From an uncultured bacterium (GTDB lineage: Bacteria > Verrucomicrobiota > Verrucomicrobiia > Limisphaerales > UBA8199): DNA of 64,000 nt. The position numbers and the translations under genes are program-made. The notes beneath the pieces are model-generated. The model was given only the letters and a program-made list of their open reading frames with translations, did not search any database and was not told where the DNA came from. The stretch is taken from NCBI GenBank assembly GCA_963749495.1, contig CAVVMW010000021.1:576001-640000 (forward strand), given 5' to 3'. Below are positions 1 to 10,400 of this stretch, one piece after another; position 1 is the stretch's first letter, and every line of letters starts with the position of its first letter.

Positions 1-500
1 GGTGGATGTGGCCCCGCGCCTGGCGCCGACTCGCGACCTCCTGGCCGTCAGGGACGTCGGCCCGGTCAAGCTCGATGTCATTCGCAAGGGACAGTCCCTC
101 GCGTTCGAGTTGAAGACGCGCCGCGCGGGCTATTTGACCTTTTTCAACCCCGGCACCACCGGGCGGATTCTGGCTCCACGTGCCCAACGTCTATGAGAAA
201 TCGGCCCAGGTGGCGGCGGGGGGCGTTTATTGGATTCCGGGCCCCGGGCTGCTGCCCCCAAACGAATTGCTGGCCAACGGGTTGGACTTCATGGAGACCG
301 GCCCCGCCGGCTGGGAGTACCTCGTGGTCATTGTGTCGGACCAACCGCTCATCGCCCCCGAGGTGGTGAACTGCTCCCGCCCCGGCCTGCCGATGGTCCA
401 GTTGAGCCTCGAGCGACTCGATGCCATCGGCGCCCGCTTGGAATCCTGGCCCCCCTCCTCCTGGTCCGCGGCAGTGCGGAAGTTTTATGTGGAAGAGTGA
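1..500 (+). CDS. DUF4384-like domain protein, C-terminal part (5' end outside window; apparent +1 frameshift at ~167)
   Basis: ORFs 2..196 and 180..500 join if the A at 167 (gggcggAttc) is removed. The joined sequence reads ...GYLTFFNPGTTGRFWLHVPNVYEKSAQVAAGGVYWIPG...GPAGWEYLVVIVS, the usual DUF4384 pattern (GYL-x-N...G...PN...IP...P-G-E-L-x-I-x-S). Confidence 0.6.
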
Positions 501-514
501 GGCAGACGCAACGC

Positions 515-1038
515 GCGCGTTGCGGAGCGACGCAGTGAAGGTAGCCGTGGACCTCGGTCCACGGTTCAGGGCGTGGGAATGCCCGCGCGTCGCGTAGCGA
601 CGCCCGACAGCATCGCGCTTCTCAGGCGTCGCTACGCGACGCGGACGAGCTTGGGCCATCCGTCCGTGGACTGAAGTCCACGGCTACCATCGGACACCGC
701 TCCGCGGTGAGCCGGACGTAGCGCGTGCGTCGCGGAGCGACGCAGTGAAGGTAGCCGTGGACCTCGGTCCACGGTTCAGGGCGTGGGAATGCCCGCGCGT
801 CGCGTAGCGACGCCTGACAGCATCGCGCTTCTCAGGCGTCGCAACGCGACGCGGACGAGCTTGGGCCATCCGTCCGTGGACCTCGGTCCACGGTTCAGGG
901 CGTCGGAATGCCCGCGCGTCGCGTAGCGACGCCCGACAGCATCGCGCTTCTCAGGCGTCGCTACGCGACGCGGACGAGCTTGGGCCATCCGTCCGTGGGC
1001 TGAAGTCCACGGCTACCATCAAGCACCGCTACGCGGTG
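515..1038. repeat. REP/REPIN-like palindromic element array (GTAG-CCGTGGAC-loop-GTCCACGG family), about three tandem units
   Basis: Repeated GTAGCCGTGGACCTCGGTCCACGG ... GCGTCGCGTAGCGACGC ... GCGTCGCTACGCGACGC ... CCGTGGACTGAAGTCCACGGCTAC. A GTAG tetramer precedes the hairpin, as in RAYT-associated REPs. Confidence 0.8.
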
Positions 1039-1103
1039 GAAACCAGTCCTGAATAACATCTCCCGGCTCCTCGTAGTAGCTTGGGAACAAGTAGCGGCAG
1101 GTT

Positions 1104-2165
1104 GTGTCCATGAACTCGGAATCGAAAGAGGCCCCCGACCACGCTGCTGGCTTCGAGCAGTACGTGCGGGCGCTGCCCCCCGATGCCAGGCGGGAAGGAT
1201 TGCGCGATGCCCAGGGCAAGCTCCTCGAACCGGGCGAGAGGGTCCTTTGCCACCCCTGGGCCCCGTGGGAGTTCATGGAGGATAGCCCGGCCAACCGGGC
1301 CCAATTCCTGAGCCTTGGCTGCGCGTGGTCCGAGCCGGTCCGGCAGCAGGTCTGGTTTCCCCGGGCCCAGGCCCTGCCCGGCCCGCTCCAGGCGCAGCTT
1401 GACGAGGCGGCCTCCGGCCGCGAGCACTTCCTGGCCCGGCTCAGGGAGAACGTCATATCGTCCGTCGGCACCCCGTTCCCGCTGCTCCGCGTCCCTGCCT
1501 GGTTCGAGCTGCTGCCCTGGAAATGGGAACCCAAGATCCGTCGCATCGAACAGAGGGCCGACCTGACGCCGTCCGTTCTGAGGCTCATCCGGGCCCAATC
1601 CGGGGTCCCCGCCGGCCTGGCCTGGCCGGCGGCCTGGCTGGAACTCCTGGCCCGGCTCAATGCCGTCCATGTCTTCTCCATCACCGGTTTGCTCTGGAGC
1701 GCCCATGTCGTGGTTGGCTTTGTCTGCCGGCTGGAATTTCGCAAAGAAACCCAGCCGCAGATAGCGCCTCTGGACCAGGCCGCGATTGATGCCGTGGACC
1801 GGGCCTATCGTGATTGGGCAGAGCGTCCATCCAGAGCGACGAGCGAGGACCTCCTGCACTCGGCCGCTGAACCAGCCTGCTGCCGGTCCCCGCCGCGGCG
1901 GCGCCGCGCCGGAAGGGACTGCGTCTTCTTCGCCCTGGGCACCGCCGGGGATCTGCCGCCCTATCAAAGCCATATTACCGCCGGCGCGCGTTGTGTGGTC
2001 TTGTCCACCATCCGAGGCGACGGCCGGTGGAGCGCCCCGCCAGTGGAAAGGTCCGGCAAGGCGCGGGCCTTGGCGGACTTCCTGGATCGGCTCGTGCCGG
2101 AGACACAGCAAGAGCGGTTGCACTACAGAAAAAGGTTGATTTGGGCGCCCAAACAGGTGCAGTAG
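1104..2165 (+). CDS. hypothetical protein (353 aa)
   Basis: Long ORF with natural amino-acid composition, co-oriented with its neighbours; no family recognised. Confidence 0.6.
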   Translation: MSMNSESKEAPDHAAGFEQYVRALPPDARREGLRDAQGKLLEPGERVLCHPWAPWEFMEDSPANRAQFLSLGCAWSEPVRQQVWFPRAQALPGPLQAQLDEAASGREHFLARLRENVISSVGTPFPLLRVPAWFELLPWKWEPKIRRIEQRADLTPSVLRLIRAQSGVPAGLAWPAAWLELLARLNAVHVFSITGLLWSAHVVVGFVCRLEFRKETQPQIAPLDQAAIDAVDRAYRDWAERPSRATSEDLLHSAAEPACCRSPPRRRRAGRDCVFFALGTAGDLPPYQSHITAGARCVVLSTIRGDGRWSAPPVERSGKARALADFLDRLVPETQQERLHYRKRLIWAPKQVQ

Positions 2166-2210
2166 AGTATAGTCAATCACGTGCTGAAGCGGATGGACAG
2201 GAGCGATTGA

Positions 2211-2231
2211 ATGACGAATGACGAATGACGA
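2211..2231. repeat. heptamer tandem repeat (ATGACGA)x3
   Basis: Read directly; the same unit occurs x5 at 29980..30014. Confidence 0.8.
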
Positions 2232-2304
2232 ATGGATGAGTTGCCCGCACGAATGAGATCAAGCACAGGATTGCCAATGGAGTGCGCGCGTGAACCCGGT
2301 GGCC

Positions 2305-3615
2305 ATGAACAAGTTCGCTTTATGTGTTGGGGTCGAGCAATACCGTGACCAGCGGATTGCCCCGTTGCGTTATGCCCGGGCGGATGCGCTGGCCCTGGCG
2401 CAACGTCTGCGTGACAAGTGCGCCTTCCACCGCGTTGTTGTTTTTGGCCGGCGAACGGGCGGATGGGGCGCCCGACCTGGTCAATATCCTGGATGCCTTG
2501 CAGAACCTGGCCGGGGAGATACGCGAAGAGGACCTGTTCCTGCTCTTTTTCTCCGGGCACGGCATCGAGGTTGACGGACGGGGCTACCTGCTCACCCAAG
2601 ACAGCCCGCAGGCCTTCCCGGAACATTGCAGCCTCTCGTTGGAGTTGCTGCGCAAGACCCTGGCCCGGCTGGAGGCCCGCCGCCGCGTCTTGTTCATCGA
2701 TGCCTGCCGCAACACGCCCCAGGCCGGCAAGGGCGACGCCGGCAACTTCATGTCCGAAGCCATCTCGAAGGACATCGTCACCACCGTCCGCTCTCAAGCC
2801 AGCCCGGCCGCCACCACGGCCATGCTCTGCGCCTGTCGTCCCGGCCAGCGCGCCTATGAATGGCCCAGCCGCCAGCACGGTGTCTTCACCCATTTCCTGC
2901 TCGAGGGTTTGGACGGCGCCGCCTGGGACCGCCAGCGGCTGGACCTGCGGAACCTGGCTCGCTACACGATGCACTCGGTCCGCTCCTGGTGTCAGCGCAC
3001 CCCGGGCATCCGCGAGATTCAGGAACCATGGTACGAAGAGGCGGGCGATGCCGAGGGGATCGTCCTCTCATCCATCGAGACCCGCCAGGTCTCGGCCCCG
3101 CCGCTGGTGGCCCCGGCCATCCGCTATCCAAACGAGCCCGTCCTGGGCTCGCCGCCACCCCTTCCCACGCCGGGCCCTCCGAGACTGCCTCAGGCCGCCC
3201 CGATCCCGACCCAAGCTGTGCCGGCGGCCACAACGCCGCCGCGGCCAAATCCAGCGCCCCCCTATGCGCGCACGGGCGCACCGCCCGGGATTCCGGGCCA
3301 AACCGCGCCCCGGGGCGACGGCCCGCCGCCGATCATCCGGAAACCTGAACCTCTCACGCCGATCGAAATGTGGCGCCAGGACAGGGGCTTCCGCATATTC
3401 CTGGTTGTACTGATATTGGCGGCCCTCTCGCTTAGCGGGCGCTTGGCGGGGCCTCCCTTCATCGAAGACACCCCCCGCTGGGTCCTCTTCGGCTGCGCTT
3501 GCGTGCTCGGCTTCCTCTTTCTGCGAGCCCAGTCTTCCCCGTCCTTTGTCGCGCCCTGGGCCTTGTCTTTGGCGCGCTCATCGTAGTCTATCGAACCCTG
3601 CGTGGACGGAAGTGA
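2305..3615 (+). CDS. caspase family (peptidase C14) protein with Pro-rich linker and C-terminal TM helices; apparent frameshifts at ~2443 and ~3530
   Basis: The N-terminus MNKFALCVGVEQY..IAPLRYARADA joins FFSGHG (catalytic His) and FIDACRN (catalytic Cys) after removing one T from a T-run. The alternative frame at the 3' end gives ALGLVFGALIVVYRTLRGRK* ending at 3615. Confidence 0.85.
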
Positions 3616-3712
3616 GGGCGGACGAGGCGTCCAATGTCCAGGATTTCATGCTCGTCCCGGTGGGGAGCGCCAACGGCGCGGCCCATACCAGCCTGGGCCA
3701 ACGGCCCAGGCT

Positions 3713-3874
3713 CACCGCGTAGCGGTGCCCGATGGTAGCCGTGGACTTCCAGTCCACGGACCCATGGCCCAAGCTCGACCGCGTCGCGTAGCGACGCCTG
3801 AAAACCGCGAGGCCGTCACGCGTCGCTACGCGACGCGGGACCGTTCCCACGCCGCAAACCGTGGACCGAGGTCC
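3713..3874. repeat. REPIN-like element, same family as 515..1038 (inverted orientation, truncated)
   Basis: GGTAGCCGTGGACTTCCAGTCCACGG ... GCGTCGCGTAGCGACGC ... CCGTGGACCGAGGTCC. Confidence 0.8.
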
Positions 3875-3949
3875 TTGTCGTTACCCACAACGTCGGGTGC
3901 CCTCATGAAGCGGATCTGATGGGCGTCACGGATCCCCGAAGCACATTTC

Positions 3950-4172
3950 TCATCCCGGAGGGATGCCAGAAGGTAGCCGGGGGTCGAAGCGTAGCGAGAC
4001 CCCCGGTGCCGCGACGGCAAGGGATTGCATCCCGGAGGGATGCCAGAAGGCGCCCGCCGCCAACGTGTGCTCTTCTGGCACCCCGCCGGGGTGCAGGGCC
4101 ACCGACGCCCTCAACCGGGGGTTGCCGCTGGACGGCGACCCCCGGCTACCTTCTGCCAACCCTCCGGGTTGG
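3950..4172. repeat. second REPIN-like family (GTAGCCGGGGGTCG...CGACCCCCGGCTAC)
   Basis: Inverted pair GTAGCCGGGGG / CCCCCGGCTAC with internal CATCCCGGAGGGATG hairpins. Confidence 0.7.
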
Positions 4173-4301
4173 CCGGGCGCTGCCGCCGGCTGGTATCAAG
4201 GGCGCCTTTGGCGGCTAAAACTGGCATGCTCCTCAGGCCTTTCTCCCGCCTGCTCAAAAGGGGAACTGATATGACCGCTCAGGAGATGTGGGTAAAGACA
4301 A

Positions 4302-4350
4302 GGACCTCGGTCCACGGCTACCTTCACTGCGTTGCTCCGCGACGCGCGCG
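4302..4350. repeat. partial REP of the 515..1038 family
   Basis: GGACCTCGGTCCACGGCTACCTTCACTGCGTTGCTCCGCGACGC. Confidence 0.65.
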
Positions 4351-4412
4351 AGCAGGGACGTTGCCCCAGGCTGGTGCGAGGCGGCGCCGTTGGCGCTGGG
4401 TTTTATGCATTT

Positions 4413-4441
4413 TTGACGCCTTTCGGTCTTCTTTTTATTAT
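4413..4441 (+). promoter_or_regulatory. sigma70-type promoter of the universal stress protein gene
   Basis: TTGACG-N17-TATTAT, 32 nt upstream of the ATG at 4474. Confidence 0.6.
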
Positions 4442-4473
4442 CCTCTCCTCGTCCTCCGGGTGAATCTTAAGGC

Positions 4474-5025
4474 ATGAAACCGGAAAGAATCCTGGTTCCC
4501 ATAGATGTCGCCAGATGCCCGCTCGAGGTCTTCGAACTGGTCAACGGCTTTGCCAAGAGACCCGAGGTCACAGTCATCCTTCTCCACGTGGTGAATCTGA
4601 ACATCGTGGCGCCGGAAAACCGGGTTTATGAGGAACTCGGCCGTCAAGCTCAATGGTATCTTGAACGACTGGCCGACAAGCATGTTCATCCGGTTGCCTC
4701 GACAACCATTCACATTCGCACTGGAAACCCCGCAGAACAGATTCTGGCGGAAGCCAGGACCGAGAGCGTGGATTTGATAATCCTGCCGACTTATGGCCCT
4801 TCCCTTTGGAGCCGGCTCAAGACCCTGTGGAAACCCCGCTCCAGCCCAATGGTCTCCGCATTGGTCGAAAAGGTGATCCGAGGGGCTGCGTGCGGGGTCT
4901 TTGTGGTTCTGGCCAAGACGCGCCTCAATTGCGAGAGGGTCTGGCGCCGGCCGGTGAGTGCAACGCGGGCTCCCGTGGCAGCGATGGCGCAGACAATCTC
5001 CCCAGGCATCGAAACGGGCCGGTAG
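4474..5025 (+). CDS. universal stress protein (Usp family)
   Basis: RILVPID, VILLHVV, IRTGNPAEQILAEA...VDLIIL, VEKVIRGAACGVFVV. Confidence 0.9.
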   Translation: MKPERILVPIDVARCPLEVFELVNGFAKRPEVTVILLHVVNLNIVAPENRVYEELGRQAQWYLERLADKHVHPVASTTIHIRTGNPAEQILAEARTESVDLIILPTYGPSLWSRLKTLWKPRSSPMVSALVEKVIRGAACGVFVVLAKTRLNCERVWRRPVSATRAPVAAMAQTISPGIETGR

Positions 5026-5061
5026 AAGCCACTCATCGGCGCCCCCGCCGCGGGAGACCTC

Positions 5062-6537
5062 TCACATCTGTCTTCTTAACCGGAAAAACCTCGCCGCTCC
5101 CGAAGGTTCAACCGTGACCGATAGCCGCTCCCCTTGAACGGCGGGTTGTTCCGGGACGGGGGTCCAGGCGGGGGGCGCCAGTGCAGCAGTCGCCTCGAGC
5201 ACAAAATTGGTTTCTGCCGCCGGCCACGAGAGCGTCAGGCGGCCGTTTGAGAGTTCGCAGTCCAACGCGGGAGCTATTACCTGCCTGAAATCGCAGATGT
5301 ACGCATCCACGTTGGTCACCACCTCCACACCCTGGCGCCAATTGCTGCCGAATAAAATCCGGTCTCCTTTTCGGCTCACCGTGGCATGGGGCTCCGCCCA
5401 GTACACGCTGGTGTCGCTGTCCGGTGTCGTCGGCGAGAACCGGCGGCTGTGATGGTGTGCCAGGCGTTGCACTTGCTGGCTGCCGTCGAGCTTGACCGCG
5501 AAGATTTCGTCTTCAAACGGCAGCCAGGAAGCCGTGCTATCTGCCAGCCGGCCCACGCCGTCATACGTGCTCACAAAACACCACTCGCTCCGCTGCTCGT
5601 TGCGGCAGGAAATGTGGTTGAAAAAACTCCAGTCCATCGAACCGAGCAAAAGGGTCTCCTGACCGTCGCTCAGCCGGAACTTCTTCACCAGGGTCGTGTT
5701 CGACACGTCATCGTAGATGCCCTTCACCAGAACCTCGTCGCCGTTGGCGTCCACGCCCACGTCGCTGTGGCCTGAGCCGAGCGGCTTTTGCCACAGCCGG
5801 TTCGTGAGCGAGCGGTCATAGACCTCCACCCCTTCGAAGGGTCCGGTGACTTCGGTCGCATAATCAATCACCACGTAGTTCCCCAGGGGGGAGATCGAGA
5901 CCCAGTCGAAATCCTCCAGATTTGTGGGCAGCAACAACCGGGCGATCTCGCGCTGGGTCGCCAGGTCCATCACGACGACCGCCCGCGGGATGACGTCGCC
6001 GCTGGTTTCATCATAGTCCCGCCCGTAGACGGCATAGTAGCGTCCGTCCCGCGACAGGTTCCCCTCCCCGGCGGCATCGGCGAAATAAAAGTTGGTCATG
6101 GCGCAGACCAGCGTTTCCTCGTCCGTCAGGACATCGTGCGCGTAAAGGGAATTCTGCGGGTTGTAAAGCACGAGGTTCGTTGCGGTAGGATGCCAGAACA
6201 CGTCCTCGCTCTGCACGCTTCCAATATCTCGTTTCAACTCGTAAGTGGTTCCGTCATAAAGCCTCAAAGTGCTGTCACCGGTGCTGAGGAGCAGCAGGCT
6301 TTCATCGACATTCCAGGCCTGCCTCTTGGAGTACTGCGGACACAGGCCGGGCAAGGCCGCGGCCGCCGCGTCCGTGATGCGAAGGAGTGTCGTGCCAAAA
6401 ACAGGGTCCTTTATGGGACTTCCCGCGAGCGGTTTGGGCAGATCGGGCATCGGCAACGCCAGATGGTTGGTCACTGGCTGCGCCGAGGCATTGACCACGA
6501 TCAGCGCCAATCCAGTGAATAATGATGTTGTTTTCAT
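5062..6537 (-). CDS. secreted beta-propeller (TolB/oligogalacturonate-lyase-like) protein with C-terminal F[FY]R domain
   Basis: Signal peptide MKTTSLFTGLALIVVNASAQ (start 6537). Propeller-like repeats LSRDGRY, ISPLGNY and HATVSRKGDRILFGSNW. The tail is LTLSWP...FVLEATAALAPPAWTPV...RFFRLRRQM. Confidence 0.75.
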   Translation of the reverse strand: MKTTSLFTGLALIVVNASAQPVTNHLALPMPDLPKPLAGSPIKDPVFGTTLLRITDAAAAALPGLCPQYSKRQAWNVDESLLLLSTGDSTLRLYDGTTYELKRDIGSVQSEDVFWHPTATNLVLYNPQNSLYAHDVLTDEETLVCAMTNFYFADAAGEGNLSRDGRYYAVYGRDYDETSGDVIPRAVVVMDLATQREIARLLLPTNLEDFDWVSISPLGNYVVIDYATEVTGPFEGVEVYDRSLTNRLWQKPLGSGHSDVGVDANGDEVLVKGIYDDVSNTTLVKKFRLSDGQETLLLGSMDWSFFNHISCRNEQRSEWCFVSTYDGVGRLADSTASWLPFEDEIFAVKLDGSQQVQRLAHHHSRRFSPTTPDSDTSVYWAEPHATVSRKGDRILFGSNWRQGVEVVTNVDAYICDFRQVIAPALDCELSNGRLTLSWPAAETNFVLEATAALAPPAWTPVPEQPAVQGERLSVTVEPSGAARFFRLRRQM

Positions 6538-6792
6538 CTGTTTAGAGAGCTCGACATGAGACAAACCAAAGCGCGAAGCAGTGTCAACCAATAAACTTAT
6601 CTCGCCCGGGATGCCCAGAGGAGCACAATCGCACTTCAGCCTTGACCGAGAGTCTGTCGTGGACTAAGGTTTCGGTCGTATGCAGGTTACGCTTGCTCTG
6701 CCTGAGGCCCTGGCCCGAAGACTGGAGAGCGAACGCGCACGGGTTGCGTCTGATAACCGTCAGGCCGGCGACTATTCTGTCCTACAGCCGCC

Positions 6793-7143
6793 ATGAAACT
6801 CCCCAATGCGGACCGGGCCGTGGCGGATATTCGGAAGGTGCGCGATTATTGCCTGAATCCGGCCAGCCCGAGGGGCCAGACGAAGGCCCGGGTGTTCGAA
6901 GCTGTGCTGGGAATGACGGCGTCGGACGCCGAGCAGTTGCGGGGACAACTCTTGAGAGCGGCTGCGGAAGCGGAGTGCGTGCGCGGGGAAACGGACCAAT
7001 TCGGGCAGCGTTACAGGCTGGATTTGAAGATTGAGACAAGCAGCGGAAAGGCGTGGGTTCGCACCGGTTGGATCGTCAGAGCGGGTGAGGATTTTCCCCG
7101 GCTCACAACGTGCTATGTTTTGTTGCGAAAAAGAGTCTTATGA
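6793..7143 (+). CDS. DUF6883-like protein (putative toxin)
   Basis: MKLPNADRAV.DIRKVRDYCLNP..PRG..KARVF...LG ... VRTGWIV....DFPRLTTCYV is the characteristic family pattern. Confidence 0.75.
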   Translation: MKLPNADRAVADIRKVRDYCLNPASPRGQTKARVFEAVLGMTASDAEQLRGQLLRAAAEAECVRGETDQFGQRYRLDLKIETSSGKAWVRTGWIVRAGEDFPRLTTCYVLLRKRVL

Positions 7144-7379
7144 AACAAAGAAAAATTAAACTGCTGGAAGCGGTCGCATTGACGGAAGATCTGCCGGAAC
7201 GAAAACTGCGCGCTGGCGAGGTCGGCACCGTTGTGGAATTGCTCGGGCGAGACGCTTACGAGGTCGAGTTCTGCAGCGAACGCGGCGAGACCTACGCGGA
7301 AATTGCTCTGCGCGGTCGCCAGATCATTCCCTTGCACTCCCGAGGCAGGGCCCTGGCCACGGCGCTGGTGGAATGCTGA
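7140..7379 (+). CDS. DUF4926-like protein (putative antitoxin/immunity partner)
   Basis: KLLEAVALTEDLPERKLRAGEVGTVVELL..DAYEVEFC...GETYA; ATGA overlap with the upstream gene. Confidence 0.8.
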   Translation: MKQRKIKLLEAVALTEDLPERKLRAGEVGTVVELLGRDAYEVEFCSERGETYAEIALRGRQIIPLHSRGRALATALVEC

Positions 7380-7409
7380 GAAGGACGTGTCAACCTCGCC
7401 GAAGTGTAA

Positions 7410-10400
7410 TCACCGCAGCGTCATCGGCCCGACCCAGCGGGTGTTGTATTTTTCGATCCACGCGCCTTTGGATTGCGCCCGCTGCGGGAGACGATCATAG
7501 GCCTGGCCATCCATCCCGCCATAGGGCAGCGGTTCCACCCGCCAGCCCTGTGCAACGTGGAAATCCGCATCTTTGTCCCAGCCGGCCACGTGGAGGAAGA
7601 AGTCGCGCACGAAGCCGTCCGGTTTGGGCGGCAGCTTGCCGGCCTCAAAAGAAAGCGCCAGCTCGTCGCCGCCGTTCAAGAGGACCAGCGCGTCATCGCG
7701 CTTTTGAACCAGCTCATCCACCGGTCCATATCGCGTACACCAGCCGGAGGGCGTGCGCCGCCATGGGGGCGCAGGCTGGACTTTTTCATAGTCCGGAGTG
7801 AGCGGCAGATAATCCGGCAACGGCATGAATTGGCTGAACCCGCGCCAATGGAGGTCGGCACGAGCGGGCCGGAGCACCGTCTGCCGGTTCTCGGCGGCCG
7901 AGGCCCTCTCACAGAGCGAAGCCATGTCCCAGTGAATCTCGAATGCGGTGGTCAGGCGCAGGCGGCGGGCGCCGGGCGGCAGTTTCCTGTCGAGATCAAC
8001 GAGGATGGTCTTGGTCTTGCCGCAGGGCGCGCCGACATCCGTGTCCACTTTCTGCCAGGACCCATCCGGCAATTCCACTGCCAGTGACGGGAAAGGAAAC
8101 GGAAGGCTCGGATCCAGGGAGGCGGCAATGTTGGCCATGCCCCCGCCGAAGCGCAGCCAGCCGGTCAAGACCAGGACCAGCGGGCGGTCCACCGGCAGCG
8201 GGCCGAAATCCATCGTGACGGAATAGGGTTCGGCCAGGCCGCGCAGTTGCGGCTCGCGCAAGCGCGTGGGCGAAACCATGCGGCGGTCGGCCTTGGCCAG
8301 GGACTCGGTCACGTCCAGGCCGTCGCTGCGCACGGCCTCCTTGAGCGCAGCCAGGGGGCGCAGCGTCCACAGTTCGTGGGGTGGGAACGGTTTGCCCGGG
8401 AGCATTTTGCTGGTGGGGCAGACCATGGTCCCCGCGGGGTGATCCACGACCACCAGCGAGGCCTCATCCAGGTAAAGCACCTCGCGGAGTTCCTCGGTGA
8501 TGCGGACTTGGTAGGCGCCGTCCCTGGGCGGGAATTGCGGCTCGGCCCCCAGCGCAAGGAGTTCCTCCGGGTCAGCTTCGATGAAATGGGCCTTGCTGGC
8601 CGGCAGGCCGAGCGGTGAGCCGCCGAGAATGTCGGTGACAAAGGTGAACCGCCAGCCGTCCCACGCGTAAAGATACGGACACGAACCGCTGGGCGCGGTC
8701 AATTCATCCACCGTCATTGGCCCGGACTGCACCGGGACATCCACCATGGTGACCGCGAGATCGAACCAGCGAATCTTGAGCGTGTCGAGCTTGCCGTGGC
8801 GTCCGACGCCGATTTCCAGCGGGAGCCGTTGCAGCGCGCGCAGGGTGTGCCAATTGCCGGCGGCCGCTTCCAGGCGCACGCCCAGGGCGCTGGCATTGGA
8901 GCGGTTGCCCGCCAACTGCAGCTTGAGTTGTTTGTTGGCATTTCCGCCGTCGTTGCGCCAGAACTGCAAGCCGTTGGTCGAACTGAGCACCAAATCCGTG
9001 TCGCCATCGTTGTCAAAATCCGCGGCCACCAGCGCGTCCACCGGACCCACCTTGTCCAGACCGAGCTGGGCCGTGACATCCTGGAAGGCCTTGCCGAGAT
9101 TGCGCCAGACACGCAGCCCGCTGCCGTAGGCGATTACGTCCAGCCAGCCGTCGTTGTCATAATCCACGAGCAGAATTCCTTTCGCTTGAAGTCCATTCAA
9201 CGGCAAGGTCAGGGAGCCCTTAATGCCCCCGAAGATGATTTTCAGCTCGCGCTCGCCGGCGACCACGAGATCGGCGCGCAAATCGTTGTTCAAATCGCCC
9301 GTCGCCAGGACGCTTCCGGCCGGCCAATCGGCCGGTGAATTGGTCGGCGCGAAAACGCCCGCGCGCTGCTTGGGAAAGAACATCGGCGGTTTTCCGGCGC
9401 GCGTGACCAACACGCCCGGCAAATCCTCGTTGTCCCAATCTTCCACCGCCACGTGCTCGGCGCCGGCCAGGACCGCAGGCAGACCGGAATTCGTCGTGGC
9501 CTCTTTGAAGAAAAAACTCCCCAGGTTCTGATACAGGCGAAGCCCGGAGCCGTCCGGGGCAATGGCCAGCAAATCCAGTTTGCCGCTGAAATCGAGATCG
9601 GCCAGCAGCCCGTCGCGCGCCCTCAGCTCTTTCAGCCCGCAACTCGCCGTCACCTCGCGGCAGCGTCCGTTGGTTGCGAATCGGAAGGCGTGTGAGGCCA
9701 GCTCGCCCAGCACGATGACGTCCTCGTAACGGTCGTTGTTCAGGTCGCCCGCCAAACAACACCGATAGTTGGCTCCGGGTTTGCCGGGGAGCAGGTTGCC
9801 GAGCGGGTCGAAGCGCCCGTTCTGGTTTCGCAACACACGAAATCCCTTTTCGCCTTCCATCACGAACAGGCTGTTTTGCCCATCGTGATTGAGGTCCAGG
9901 ACGGCCATCGGCCCGTGGTAATTGCCCGGCGCGTCGAGGGCGCCCGCGGTGGCGTTTGAGAAGCGCACGGGGATGCCGTGCCGCTCCGGCTGCTCGAGTT
10001 TGAGAACGCTCCTGGGCTGGGTGTATTTGCAGCGTTCGAACGCGGCCAGGCCGCCCGACCCGCCCGGATGCTTTGCCAGCGCTTGCTGATGGATTCGCAT
10101 CTCGCGGGCGGCATCCTCCGCGCGGCCGGCGCGCTGGAAAATCCGGCTCAATTGATAATGAACCGAAGGATGCTCCGGTTCGAATTTGGCCACCGTTTCA
10201 AAATCGGCGATGGCGTCGTCCACCTGACCCAGTCGCGCCTGGGCCATGCCCAATTGGAAATCCAGCGCGGTCACGGCCGGATCGATCTGTTTGGATTGCT
10301 GGAACGCCTTGACTGCCTCCTCCGCCTCGTTCAAGCGCAGATGAGCGCAACCCATGACGTAATAGACCGCCCCGCTCTGATGGTCCAAAGCAAGGGCTTG

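Noticed and set aside
515..1038. CRISPR array
   Set aside because: The units are ~120-200 nt with identical interiors (no unique spacers), are internally palindromic, and have no cas genes nearby.
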